A DNA stretch of 64,000 nucleotides, taken from the NCBI GenBank assembly GCA_903944345.1, contig CAJARJ010000012.1, positions 4,266 to 68,265 of the forward strand, read 5' to 3'. This stretch comes from Candidatus Omnitrophota bacterium. GTDB lineage: Bacteria; Omnitrophota; Gorgyraeia; Zapsychrales; Fredricksoniimonadaceae. A program made the translations under genes and the position numbers. Positions 41,944 through 52,408 of this stretch are shown in pieces (the first letter of the stretch is position 1; the number at the start of each line of letters is the position of its first letter). The notes under the pieces are model-generated. The model ran no database searches. It had not been told where the DNA came from and saw nothing but the letters and a program-made list of their open reading frames with translations.

Positions 41944-43145
41944 GAGACCGGCGGGTTTGCGGAGGAAAGCCAGTTAGAGCCATAAAGCTTGCGTGAAAGC
42001 AACGTACACGTCACATTGTCCCCAACCGCATTGATCATGGTTGCCGGAGGATCAATGATAGTTCCGATCATAGTGATCAACGGAAGGGCCTCCAGCGGAA
42101 AGCCATAAAGTGTCACAATAAGCAGCTCACCGATCATCCCTCCGGCTGGAATACCACTTATAACAGTTCCGGAAAGAACCGCTATCGCGATTGCCGTAAG
42201 CCAGACCTGCCAACCGGTAAACGGTATCTGAAAGATTCCGAACAAAAAAGCTATCTTGACTATAGCACCAAGGCATGAGCCTTCCATATGAATGGTAGCC
42301 CCCAGGGGAATAACAACATCCCGGATATCCTCCCTGACCCCAATCTTGCGGGCGGCTTCAAGATTAACCGGAATAGTCGCAACACTGCTGCCGGTTGCCA
42401 GGGCTGTCAGAGCTGTTGAAGGTATATTACGCCAGAACACTCGAAGTCCTTTAAGGGATGCCGCCCAATAAACATAAAGGGAAAAAGCGACAAAAAAATA
42501 AACTATGGCGACAGGATAATATACAACAAAAATCCGTGCATAAGAGCCCATAACCTGCGGCCCCATGGTGCCCACAAGATACGCCAGATAAGCTCCCAGG
42601 CCTATGGGCGCATAAAGCATGATAAATCCGATCACACGCCCCATCACGACGTTGGCCGAAACAAGAAACCGTGAAAACGCCGCACCTTTCTCACCTGAAG
42701 AGGCCGTGGCCATTCCCACCAGAAAAGCAAACAGGATCAAAGGCAACATGTTCTTTCTGGAAAGCAATCCCAGAAAATCCGGGGTGGTAAACGTCCTGAC
42801 CAAAGTATCGGCCGCACTTAAAGAGTCAAGCGCCGTCCGTTCCGGAAGATTCCAGGGCGTGCCCGCGAAGGGAGGGAATACCTGCACAGCAAAAATCATA
42901 ATAATCGAGGCCAATATCCCCGTCAGAACAAAAAAGAACAGCATCCAGCCCATAACCCGCGCGAGACGACGCGAGTCACCCATTGAGGCAATCGCAGAAG
43001 CTATGGAAAAAAAGACCAACGGAACCACTGCGGTAAAAAGGAGATTCAAAAAGATATCCCCCAGGGGCTTGAGTACCCCGGCCTTCGACCCAAAGAACAG
43101 CCCTGCCAACACACCAAAGCTAATTCCAATAATAATAGCTATCAT
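41940..43145 (-). CDS. Dicarboxylate/amino acid:cation symporter (DAACS)
   Basis: LKPLGDIFLNLL, TGSSVATIP, LGATIHMEGS, ATMINAVGD. Confidence 0.9.
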   Translation of the reverse strand: MIAIIIGISFGVLAGLFFGSKAGVLKPLGDIFLNLLFTAVVPLVFFSIASAIASMGDSRRLARVMGWMLFFFVLTGILASIIMIFAVQVFPPFAGTPWNLPERTALDSLSAADTLVRTFTTPDFLGLLSRKNMLPLILFAFLVGMATASSGEKGAAFSRFLVSANVVMGRVIGFIMLYAPIGLGAYLAYLVGTMGPQVMGSYARIFVVYYPVAIVYFFVAFSLYVYWAASLKGLRVFWRNIPSTALTALATGSSVATIPVNLEAARKIGVREDIRDVVIPLGATIHMEGSCLGAIVKIAFLFGIFQIPFTGWQVWLTAIAIAVLSGTVISGIPAGGMIGELLIVTLYGFPLEALPLITMIGTIIDPPATMINAVGDNVTCTLLSRKLYGSNWLSSANPPVS

Positions 43146-43154
43146 GGCAAACGC

Positions 43155-43970
43155 TTATTCGTGCTTGTATAAATGGATATCTCTTTGCGGGAAAGGAATA
43201 ACAATCCCGGCCTTCTCCAAATCCAGTTTGGCCTGCTCGGTGACATCAAAAAGTACCTTCCAGTAGTCGTCCGGTTTGACCCAGGGACGGCAGACCAGAT
43301 TGACACTGCTCTCAGCCAATTCAGATACCGCCACAACAGGTTCGGGGTCTTTAAGGATACGGGGATCAGCAAGCAGGATATTCATCAACACCTCTTTGGC
43401 CTTTTTCATATCCGAAGTGTAGGAAATACCAAACACCATGTCGATACGCCTGCGGTCAATAGCCGAAAAATTGGTGACATTATCTCCGGTGATCTTCGAA
43501 TTGGGAACAATTTCCCTGCGATTATCAGGAGCATTCAGAATCGTATTAAAAATCTGAATCTCCTCAACCGTGCCCATAACACCGCCTGCTGATATAAAAT
43601 CTCCAACCTTGAACGGACGAAAAAGAATAATCATAACCCCGGCCGCAAAGTTGGAGAGCGATCCCTGCAGAGCCAGACCAACCGCAAGGCCGGCAGCACC
43701 CAGAAGAGCAATAAATGATGTTGTTTCAACCCCGATTTTGTTAAGAGCGGCCGTACAGACAAAAACAAACATAACCCAGTAAACAACATTTCTGATAAAT
43801 CTGGCGAGAGTCTTGTCGATATTGGCTTTATCCAGTGCCCTGGACACCAGATCGGAAAGCAGCCCTATCGCCCATCTGCCAATAAAAAATATGAGCAGTG
43901 CCGCCAGCAGATTAAAGGCATTTCTCATGCAGACTTCATAAACTTTATCCCACAAACCTTCCATAGACAT
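43155..43970 (-). CDS. mscS: Small-conductance mechanosensitive channel
   Basis: GAAGLAVGLALQGSLSNFAAG, RPFKVGD, IPFPQRD. Confidence 0.93.
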   Translation of the reverse strand: MSMEGLWDKVYEVCMRNAFNLLAALLIFFIGRWAIGLLSDLVSRALDKANIDKTLARFIRNVVYWVMFVFVCTAALNKIGVETTSFIALLGAAGLAVGLALQGSLSNFAAGVMIILFRPFKVGDFISAGGVMGTVEEIQIFNTILNAPDNRREIVPNSKITGDNVTNFSAIDRRRIDMVFGISYTSDMKKAKEVLMNILLADPRILKDPEPVVAVSELAESSVNLVCRPWVKPDDYWKVLFDVTEQAKLDLEKAGIVIPFPQRDIHLYKHE

Positions 43971-44255
43971 TTCCCCCTTTAGACAACAACAAACCCTTCT
44001 GGACGTTTAATACACAATAGACCTATTATACCGGCAGAAATAAAAAAGCCAGCCCTGATTGTATCAATTATTAAATCCGGATTTTTCTTCAGAAAAGTCA
44101 ATGATATGCATGATCGGACAGCGAAAAAGCACGGCATTCCTGACCGGATTCTCATCCGGGAAATCACTCTAATCCATGACCACAAGACGGGGCGTAATAA
44201 TCTGTCTATGATTATGCCCCACCGATAAAGCTACAGCGTTATTGCGGGCCAGGCG

Positions 44256-45302
44256 TCAAAAGCAGCGCTGCTTGTTTTTCTTCACGCAGTTTTTCTCACA
44301 GCGATAGCAAATTTCATTAGGAAGAAAACCTCCGCGCAGATAATCCTGAATATTATCCAACGTCGTGCGTGCAATACTTTCCATAGCATCCCTGGTGAAA
44401 AACGCCTGATGCGCCGTAATAATAACATTGGGAAAGGTCAGCAAGCGTGCCAGAACGTCATCAGCCACTACCTTGGAGGACAAGTCTTCAAAGAAATATT
44501 CACCTTCCTCCTCATAGACATCAAGTCCCGCAGCCCCCACCCGGCCGGACTTAAGGGCTCTTATCAGCGCACGGGTATCAAGTAACTCTCCACGTCCGGT
44601 GTTAATGAGCATGACGCCGTCACGCATCTGTTCAAAAGCCTGGTCGTTAACCAGATGCCTGGTCTGGGGAGTCAGCGGACAGTGCAAGGAAATAATCTGC
44701 GCCTCCCGGTAAATCGTAGGTAAATCCACATACGAAACGCCAGTCTCTGCGGCATAAGTCTGATCAGGAAAAGCGTCATAGGCCAGTATTTTCATACCGA
44801 ATCCCTTCAGAATGTTCACCAGACAACGGCCAATTCTTCCGGTTCCGATAATGCCGGCCGTACGCCCGTGGAGGTCATAACCAAGAAGTCCATCAAGCGT
44901 AAAATTACCGTCACGCACACGATTATAAGCACGATGTGTCTTGCGGTTAAGTGTAAGAACAAGAGCCGCGGCATGCTCGGCCACAGCATATGGCGAATAG
45001 GCAGGCACACGCACTACGTGCATGGCGCCATAGGCCGCCTTAAGATCCACATTATTGTACCCGGCACAACGCATGGCCACCAGCCCCACCTTGCTCTCCC
45101 GAAGAGCGGCAATTGTTTCACTGTCCACGGTATCGTTAACAAACACACACGCCGCCACACAGTCTTTAGCCATGCCCGCGGTATCGGCTGAAAGGTGCAC
45201 AGACAAAAACCTGATATCAAAAGGGTAATCTTTCAGAATGGCCGAGAAGAACTCGCGATCATAACTGCGGGTATCATAAAAAGCGATCACAGGCTTGCTC
45301 AT
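44256..45302 (-). CDS. ldhA: D-lactate/2-hydroxyacid dehydrogenase
   Basis: RCAGYNNVD, RVPAYSPYAVAEH, GTGRIG, INTGRG, LDVYEEE, TAHQAF. Confidence 0.88.
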   Translation of the reverse strand: MSKPVIAFYDTRSYDREFFSAILKDYPFDIRFLSVHLSADTAGMAKDCVAACVFVNDTVDSETIAALRESKVGLVAMRCAGYNNVDLKAAYGAMHVVRVPAYSPYAVAEHAAALVLTLNRKTHRAYNRVRDGNFTLDGLLGYDLHGRTAGIIGTGRIGRCLVNILKGFGMKILAYDAFPDQTYAAETGVSYVDLPTIYREAQIISLHCPLTPQTRHLVNDQAFEQMRDGVMLINTGRGELLDTRALIRALKSGRVGAAGLDVYEEEGEYFFEDLSSKVVADDVLARLLTFPNVIITAHQAFFTRDAMESIARTTLDNIQDYLRGGFLPNEICYRCEKNCVKKNKQRCF

Positions 45303-45317
45303 AAGAACTCCTTTTTT

Positions 45318-46253
45318 CTAGAACAACGGTCCGGCCAGACGATTAACCAGAGCGATGAACACCGGTATAGTGACAATCGAAAAGACCGTACTGACAAAAA
45401 CACAGCGTGAAGCCAGGGCCGTATCAGAACCAAATTTCTCGGCAAAAGCCGCAGTATTGGCCGCCACAGGCATAGCCAGACTCAACACACAAACCCCCAG
45501 TGCCAGTCCGCGCACCCCGCAAACATACATTCCGCCCAAAGCTATCGCGGGGACTAAAAGCAGGCGAACAAAAGCGGCATAATAAACCTTCCTGTCGCCA
45601 ATAACCTCGCGAAAAGGCATCCCGGCCAGCATGGAGCCGATAAGGATCATGGACAAGGGCGTTGTCGTGGCTCCCAGCATATCAAACGCTTTCGCTACTG
45701 GAGAGGGCAAATGCCACGACAGAAAAAACATGACCAGTCCCGCCAGCACAGCAAGCAGTCCCGGATTAAAAAATACCTTTCCCCAGGACACCTTTTCTTT
45801 ATCACTTCGAAAGAGATATATCCCCAGGGTCCAGAGCGAAATAATAAACGGGACTGTAAAGACCGAACCATAGAAAACGCCGATCTTGCCATACAGACTG
45901 TACAGGACAGGATAGCCCATAAATGCACAATTGGAGAAAATCGCTGTAAATCGCAAAACCTGACGCTCTTGCCCCGAGTAGCGGCGAAAAAGGAAGCCGC
46001 CAAGATAGAAACTGAAAGTATGAAAGAAGGCGGAAAACAGGAATACCTTGAGCGCAGTAGCTGCCATGTCCGCGTCAAAGGCAATATTAAACGCACCAAG
46101 GATCATAAGGGGCATGGTAACATTCAACAGCAACTCTGCCAGCCCGCGGTTCATTCCGGGATCTATCAATCCGCGCCACCGAGCCAACGCCCCGACTGAA
46201 ATTAAAAGAAAAAGAATAAGCACCTCATTAACCACACCCATGAAACACTCCAT
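45318..46253 (-). CDS. AEC (auxin efflux carrier) family transporter
   Basis: FSNCAFMGYP, FNPGLLA, TTPLSMILIG, ~10 TM segments. Confidence 0.85.
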   Translation of the reverse strand: MECFMGVVNEVLILFLLISVGALARWRGLIDPGMNRGLAELLLNVTMPLMILGAFNIAFDADMAATALKVFLFSAFFHTFSFYLGGFLFRRYSGQERQVLRFTAIFSNCAFMGYPVLYSLYGKIGVFYGSVFTVPFIISLWTLGIYLFRSDKEKVSWGKVFFNPGLLAVLAGLVMFFLSWHLPSPVAKAFDMLGATTTPLSMILIGSMLAGMPFREVIGDRKVYYAAFVRLLLVPAIALGGMYVCGVRGLALGVCVLSLAMPVAANTAAFAEKFGSDTALASRCVFVSTVFSIVTIPVFIALVNRLAGPLF

Positions 46254-46387
46254 TCATCGTTATGCCAGAAAAAATATCCCTGAAGATTGGTCGGTGGCAG
46301 GTTAAGTACCTGACGAGTATAATATATCCTACTCTATGTATTAACAAAGGCAAAAAGCCCATCCAGCAGTATGGACAGGCTTTGGAA

Positions 46388-48644
46388 TCAATAATTCTGT
46401 GTGTCACTAATTATTTTATACGGATCTATAGAGATAATAACCGGTGAGAATCCGGCAGCGTTCTGCATCTGCTGAAGCTGCTCAGAGGTCAGGTCTACCT
46501 CGATTGCAGTGCTATTATTCCGTGTCTCAAACTGGGCATTGTCGGGGTTCAGGTTAATACCACCGACTGCTTCCTGCCCAGGCAGAGAAGACAAGGGCTT
46601 TTCCATCAAAATTCCCCATTCTTCATTCATCCTCCGGGACAACTCCCAGGATTTCTGCAACAAACTTCCTCTATTGCGGCTCTTGAGCAGCGCAAGAACT
46701 TCTTCCGCATAAAATTGCTGATCCTTATCAAGAACAAGTGGTTTATACCCCAACATTCTATACAAAACAAAATTGGCTAATCCGTGAGGCAAAGTGCTGC
46801 CAATTACAAGAGAATCATAACCAGACTCGACTGCCAGTTCCTCGAGAGACTTAAGAATACTTTTAAATAATGCGCCCGCGTAAGGGAAAGATGGATACAT
46901 CTGTGACGGATACAACATGCGTTCCTCGTTTCGCAAGCGCTCCAGCAACAACTGCACGTTTGTATCATCGTCTTTCACCTTCAGAGCCGATTCAATTTGC
47001 GTTTGTCTCAGGCCCACGCTGGCCTCAGCAAAAGAAAGAAGAACTTTGCGATCCTGCCAGTCAAACTGCGGTAAAGCTTGCATAAACACGCCCTTTAACT
47101 GCTCCAAAACTTTCTCCAAATTACGCTTTCCCCACTCATCTGACCCCATCCAGATTTTCTGCGTCAGGATTACAGGTGACGAGGTGGTCATCTCCAGATG
47201 GGCCCGGCCGATGATTAACGAGTTGCGATCAAAACCACGACCATTCAATAAATTAAATTGGATAAAAACACCCTGATTATTCCTGTAGACAAGATCGTAA
47301 CTGTCGAAATCATCGGACTGGATTATCTCTCCCAGAAGCGTACGGGTTGTAAGCGTTCGCCCGGGGCCTCTTAAGATATCAACTTGCGGCTCATCATAAT
47401 ACTGCGACAATATCCCCTCCAGACGCTCTTTCTGACGTTCAATCAGCCGGCTAAACTGCTCTCTATCCGCTCTGGAACGTTTAACCTTCAGTTTGGGTAA
47501 AACAGACTCCTGAGCCGGATCTCCTGGCAGAACAGAGGTCTCTTCACGAACAATCACCAGTCTGTCAGCAGCACTCGGCCCCAGGTCAACCGGCCATACG
47601 TCCGATTTTACTGTCAGAGAACTATCCATTGCCCAATCAATACCGCCGGAAAAATATTTTCTGACCAACACTTCGTCAAACAATGCATCAGGTTCTTCCT
47701 TAATAAAATCATACGCGCCCTTGCGGAAGGAAACGACATAATCCTTCCAAATACGGTCCACTTCCCCGGGGTCTGGAATATTTATTCCGGCAACCTTATT
47801 CCGGTCAACGTAAACAGCGGACAATAATGATTGTCTGATCTTTCGTTTATACCAGGCGGCAAGAATCAAAGACTGATAAACCTGTCTGAGCGTCGCAAAG
47901 TTCTTACCTTCATTAACCTCTCGCTCCAGTTCAGGAATGACCATCGTACGTAAAGCTTCCTCCATCATCATATGATCCGGACTTGCGGTTTGGGGCACCG
48001 CACTTTTTTCTTGTGCCAGATAATCACTTTCCAGCTTAACCTCCAAGTGAGATTCGGTTACATAAGCCAGCCCCATCTCGCCATTCTCAAATACTACAGC
48101 TTTTCCAGGAACAATCCAAACCTTGTTCAACGTATCAAGCGGAATATCCGTAGTGCCATATTTTTCCAGGATCCGGGCGTAAATTCTCTTCCAGAATACT
48201 TTTCCAATCTCCCCTTCAGGGTTAAGAGTCTTTGCGGTGATTTGCTTGAGAAAATAATCCTGCACCAGTAAATCTCGCCCCATCACAGTCTGCCCAAAGG
48301 CTGGGGGAACGATGCGATTTCTTTCATATGGACTCAGGTTAACCCAGAGGTCATTTTCAGGAATTGTCAGGCTGGCAAAAAAAATATTTAATCAGACGGG
48401 TTGATTCACTTTTGATCTGGTCATTAGTAATTCTTTCATCGCCTTTATCAAGAATAAAATCAAACCTGAGCGGATTTCGAGGATATACCCTAATTCCTTT
48501 TAATACAGGCGGATTGAACGCCGGACTTAAAGACACCACCTGACCACCGGGAGGAGTCAAAATCGGCTCCCCGGCATACAGAATAACTGGGCTCAAAACA
48601 TGTGCCAGAACTATCCAAATGATGACAAATTTTCTTAGAAACAT
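46388..48644 (-). pseudogene. Secreted scaffold-family protein C with GNAT-like cargo, frameshifted in a T8 run
   Basis: ORFs 48357-48668 and 46388-48286 join if one T is removed from the run at 48377-48384, giving KYFFASLTIPENDLWVNLSPYE. Cargo GALFKSIL..LEELA..SGYDSL..N..LYRMLGY. C-terminal GGINL. Confidence 0.8.
46393..46413 (-). repeat. Half copy (21 bp) of the palindromic element end
   Basis: aattctgtgtgtcactaatta is the exact reverse complement of 59749-59769. Confidence 0.85.
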
Positions 48645-48836
48645 GAAGGAAAGATACCTGACCAACACCTGTTTTGCAAATATTTATAATACGAAGCCAA
48701 GTTGCAGTGATGCTGGAGGACATGTCTTATAGCGTAAAGCAATGACACAGAATACAATAAAACAATTCTGCGTGATAATCATTAACAGAGCTTCCTCCCT
48801 TATGGAAAATTGCGGACGGTCTATGGGGGGGACTAA

Positions 48837-49175
48837 TTATTTAATGCTCAGAAAATTGTTCAGATTATCATCTCCAGCCAGAACGATTGCGATATCCCCC
48901 GCCGTCGTTATTTCCCGCACGGTATCTACCTCGCCCCTTAACGTCACAATCTCCCTTTCAACAGTAACATCAATGTTGTCCAGCACCCCAGACAAGGACG
49001 TTTCCCGACCTAAAGCATCTTGAATATCTATAGCCAGGTCATTATCGATTCCCGTTGTATTCATCCTTGATCCGTCTTTAAGGTCTGCCAGAATTTTTGC
49101 ATTCTGCGAATCTTCATTTAACTTTTCATTTCTCTCCAACGATAACCCTGTCAAAACTGCCTGGGAATTTAACAT
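48837..49175 (-). CDS. BON-domain protein
   Basis: DNDLAIDIQDAL, IDVTVEREIVTLRGEV, LNNFLSI. Confidence 0.72.
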   Translation of the reverse strand: MLNSQAVLTGLSLERNEKLNEDSQNAKILADLKDGSRMNTTGIDNDLAIDIQDALGRETSLSGVLDNIDVTVEREIVTLRGEVDTVREITTAGDIAIVLAGDDNLNNFLSIK

Positions 49176-49228
49176 TGTATTCTCCTTGATAAAGTTGAAT
49201 AAAACCGGGACTCCCGCCTCTTAAGACT

Positions 49229-49273
49229 ATTCTAGGACGCAGCCGGAATGTATCAATTGTACCGGGGTTTAAC
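49229..49273 (-). promoter_or_regulatory. Repeated promoter module copy 1 (upstream of BON gene)
   Basis: GTTAAACCCCGGTACAA-TTG-N19-TAGAAT. Confidence 0.7.
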
Positions 49274-49299
49274 AAATGAAACCTGGACGCACCACCCCC

Positions 49300-49962
49300 T
49301 CAGGGCTGTTGAATCCTGCCATCCTTCAAAAGAATCTGTCGCCGGGCAAGTCTGGCAAAATCCGGCTCATGCGTCACTAACACAACCGTAGTCTTGTTCT
49401 TTAGATTGACATCGATAAATATTTTCATAACTATATCGCCATTGACACTGTCCAGGCTACCGGTCGGTTCATCGGCAAAAAGGTATTGCGGTTCCATCAC
49501 AAGCGCCCGGGCGATGGCTACCCGTTGCTGTTCCCCGCCCGAAAGCTGACGCGGCAAGCGGGCCATCTTCTCTTTGAGTCCGAACTGCTCCAACAACGAC
49601 TCCGCGGCAGGCCGCCGTTTTTCCTTCTGATGAAGTTTTACTGTAGGCATAAGTACATTCTCGAGCGCGGTTAACTCTGCGATCAGATAATGAAACTGAA
49701 AAACAAACCCCATATGCCGGTTACGAAAAAGGTGAAGATCGTCGGAATTCAATTTCTGCAAATCTTTCCCGGATATTTCAATCTTTCCTTCACTGGGTGT
49801 ATCCAGACTGCTTAAAAGGTACAAGAGCGTGCTTTTCCCCGATCCGGAGCGTCCGGTCAATGCAACAAATTCACCGTCCTGTATCTCCAAAGAAATATCG
49901 CTCAGAACCCGGCTTGGCGGAACACCTATCTCTTTCCCGGCATGTTGAACCACAATACTCAT
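49300..49962 (-). CDS. ABC transporter ATPase (LolD/MacB-like)
   Basis: GRSGSGKST, LSGGEQQRVAIARAL, ADEPTG. Confidence 0.9.
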   Translation of the reverse strand: MSIVVQHAGKEIGVPPSRVLSDISLEIQDGEFVALTGRSGSGKSTLLYLLSSLDTPSEGKIEISGKDLQKLNSDDLHLFRNRHMGFVFQFHYLIAELTALENVLMPTVKLHQKEKRRPAAESLLEQFGLKEKMARLPRQLSGGEQQRVAIARALVMEPQYLFADEPTGSLDSVNGDIVMKIFIDVNLKNKTTVVLVTHEPDFARLARRQILLKDGRIQQP

Positions 49963-51213
49963 CTAAGCTCCTGAGCGAATAATCTGAATAGGAGTAAATC
50001 TGCTGGCAGCGAGGGCCGGCAGGATGCTTGCAAAAGACGATGAAAAAAGCGACAAGAACAATGCCTGGACATAAATCCCGGGAGAGAGTGAAATTTGCAG
50101 GTGTGCCTGGGGATCATACGAACTACCGCCTGAGAAAGGAATAGTTTGCAAATACAGGCATAGAAAATACCCGCATACCAGCCCCAGCAGGCCACCACAA
50201 ATGCCAATAATAATCCCCTGTGAGAAAAACAGTACAACCACATCATATGTGTCATACCCCATTGAGCGCAAAATCGCAATGTCCTGCCTTTTCTGCGTAA
50301 CTGTCATGTTTAGAATATTGTAAATACCAAAACCCGCTACAATTATGACCGTCATTGTCATGGTCCAGCGCAGAATAGTTTGCAATCTGATAACCGAAAG
50401 AATGCTGGCATTCTGCTGGTCCCAACTTTCAGTGCGTTCCGGCGCAATTCTGGACCAGTTGGTGGCTATGGCGGCCGCCTGAGTGTAATCGCTCAGGCGC
50501 ACCCCGATCTCATTAACCTGATTGGGAGTCCCGTTCAGCTTCTGAACGTCATTTAAAGCCCCGTAAGCCTGCGTATCGCTCCCCCGATTTCCTGTCCGAA
50601 ATCGGCCCACAACTTTGAAAGGCACAGGCAAGCCGGTTTTAACCGCCACCAAGAGGGTCTGATCAATGCCGGCTCCAAGGCGTTTCATCAATTCATCTCC
50701 CAGAATAATCCGGTTCCCTCCCGCTCCAATATCGGAAAACTCGCCTTCAATCATGTAATTGGCAATACTTGTCACCTTGCCTTGCTGTTTCGGGTCACAA
50801 CCGACCAGATTGGCTGAAACAGAAACTTTAGCCAAGGTGAATAAAGCCGGAGCTGTCAATAACGGAGCAAAAGCCTCAACCCGCGGATCCGCCTTCAGTC
50901 GTTCATACCAGCTTTGAGGATTCTGAATCCCCAAATAACCGTGTACTCCTGATGGCGGAGATCTCCAGAAGACGTATCGGAACTCCTGGTTGTAAAATGC
51001 TTCGTCAAGTTGATGCTCAGTCAGATAATCTTGCCGGGCCTCGATATGTATCTGTGCCGAATTATTAACAAGCTGCTGAATCATGAATGTCTGAAAACCC
51101 GTAAAAAAACCGGTGACCGCGACATAAGCCAGAGCACCTAAAAAGACACCCAGCAACGTAAAGATCGTCTGCTTTCTGCGTTCCAGAAGATAGCGGATAG
51201 CCAGATAAATCAT
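49963..51213 (-). CDS. ABC transporter permease (LolE/FtsX/MacB-like)
   Basis: N-terminal TM, large periplasmic domain, GFGIYNIL...DIAILRSMG, three C-terminal TMs. Confidence 0.87.
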   Translation of the reverse strand: MIYLAIRYLLERRKQTIFTLLGVFLGALAYVAVTGFFTGFQTFMIQQLVNNSAQIHIEARQDYLTEHQLDEAFYNQEFRYVFWRSPPSGVHGYLGIQNPQSWYERLKADPRVEAFAPLLTAPALFTLAKVSVSANLVGCDPKQQGKVTSIANYMIEGEFSDIGAGGNRIILGDELMKRLGAGIDQTLLVAVKTGLPVPFKVVGRFRTGNRGSDTQAYGALNDVQKLNGTPNQVNEIGVRLSDYTQAAAIATNWSRIAPERTESWDQQNASILSVIRLQTILRWTMTMTVIIVAGFGIYNILNMTVTQKRQDIAILRSMGYDTYDVVVLFFSQGIIIGICGGLLGLVCGYFLCLYLQTIPFSGGSSYDPQAHLQISLSPGIYVQALFLSLFSSSFASILPALAASRFTPIQIIRSGA

Positions 51214-52022
51214 TTGTTAAGGTCTTTCCGCACAAGAACACGATCACCAACCCGAAGATCCCCGGAGACAATTTCACTCATAGCCTTGTCGATGATCCCT
51301 GTCTTGACTTCTGCTCGTCTGGGAATTTCATTCCCACGCTTTCGCCAAACATATTGTCCCTGCTCCAGCGCGGCAACCGGCACAAGCAGCACATCCGGAT
51401 GCGTTGCTATTTCGATAGCCACATCCCCGGTCATATCCGGTAATATTCTTAATGGCAAATCCGGAACGCTGATGCGAGCCAGAAAATTACTGTCATTGGG
51501 ATACACCGATTCGACAAGGCCGTTGTAACTCTGACTGCGAATCGTATCGAAACTGACCTTTACCTGCTGCCCTGCCTTGACCTGTAACGCTCCCTGTTGC
51601 TCCAGAGACACCATCAGATATCGTTCCCGCAAATCCACCAGAGAAAGGGCTGAACTCTGCGGATACACATTCTCGCCGACCTTATAAGGAAGAAATGTCA
51701 CGGTTCCGTCAAAGGGAGCCGAAAAAACATTCTCATCAAGATTTATCAGCGGATCACCTTTTTTTACGGCATCACCTTCTTTTACATACAAGGCCATAAC
51801 TGTGCAAATCAGCCCCGGGCGCAGCTGATAACTGTTGCGGGCGGTAACCGTGCCAATACCGTAAACCGACTCGACAATCGTTCCCTTTTGCAAAGGTTCG
51901 GACAAATCACCCGCTGATCGTGCCTTAACAATATTGAGCAGCCAAAACCCCGCCAACAGGAGCACCGCAAATAGCACACTCCAGAAACGATGCGTACTGA
52001 TCCAGATTAAAATAGCTCGCAA
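51210..52022 (-). CDS. Periplasmic adaptor (membrane fusion protein)
   Basis: VKEGDAVKKGD, APFDGTV lipoyl halves, LLVPVAAL, EIVSGDL..GD. Confidence 0.85.
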   Translation of the reverse strand: MRAILIWISTHRFWSVLFAVLLLAGFWLLNIVKARSAGDLSEPLQKGTIVESVYGIGTVTARNSYQLRPGLICTVMALYVKEGDAVKKGDPLINLDENVFSAPFDGTVTFLPYKVGENVYPQSSALSLVDLRERYLMVSLEQQGALQVKAGQQVKVSFDTIRSQSYNGLVESVYPNDSNFLARISVPDLPLRILPDMTGDVAIEIATHPDVLLVPVAALEQGQYVWRKRGNEIPRRAEVKTGIIDKAMSEIVSGDLRVGDRVLVRKDLNK

Positions 52023-52064
52023 TATTCCCGCCTCAAATTGACGTTATCCAGTCCGGCATACAAT

Positions 52065-52265
52065 TTAACAGCTGCATAAATACTTCCGGCCACCGTTATT
52101 GACCATATGCACATGTCCTTCTCTGACCAGCCAGCCGATGCCCATATCTGTCAGACCTTCCGCATTGTTCAAATGTGATCGCACCTCTTCAAGACTGACC
52201 GGACGTTTCTTTTGATCGATAAGATTCAGAATATCCCCGGAAGCAATACCAATTTGTGTCATCAT
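52065..52265 (-). CDS. Small winged-helix protein (DUF2582-like)
   Basis: IGIASGDI...MGIGWLVREG. Confidence 0.7.
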   Translation of the reverse strand: MMTQIGIASGDILNLIDQKKRPVSLEEVRSHLNNAEGLTDMGIGWLVREGHVHMVNNGGRKYLCSC

Positions 52266-52352
52266 CTTTCTCTCCGTTTCTTTATACCCTTATTAGTTGT
52301 CGTAGCAAAGAATCAGCACCATCCGGATCGGTCGACACCAGATGCATTAGTA

Positions 52353-52397
52353 ATTCTAAAGCAGGAAAAAAAGAAGACAATTAGACCGGGGTATAAC
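52353..52397 (-). promoter_or_regulatory. Repeated promoter module copy 2 (upstream of wHTH-MFP-ABC genes)
   Basis: GTTATACCCCGGTCTAA-TTG-N19-TAGAAT. Confidence 0.68.
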
Positions 52398-52408
52398 TGA
52401 GAAAACAC

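Noticed and set aside
44021-44080. Fourth copy of the 45-bp promoter module upstream of mscS
   Set aside because: Has TATAAT and aattgatac, but the spacing and upstream box do not match
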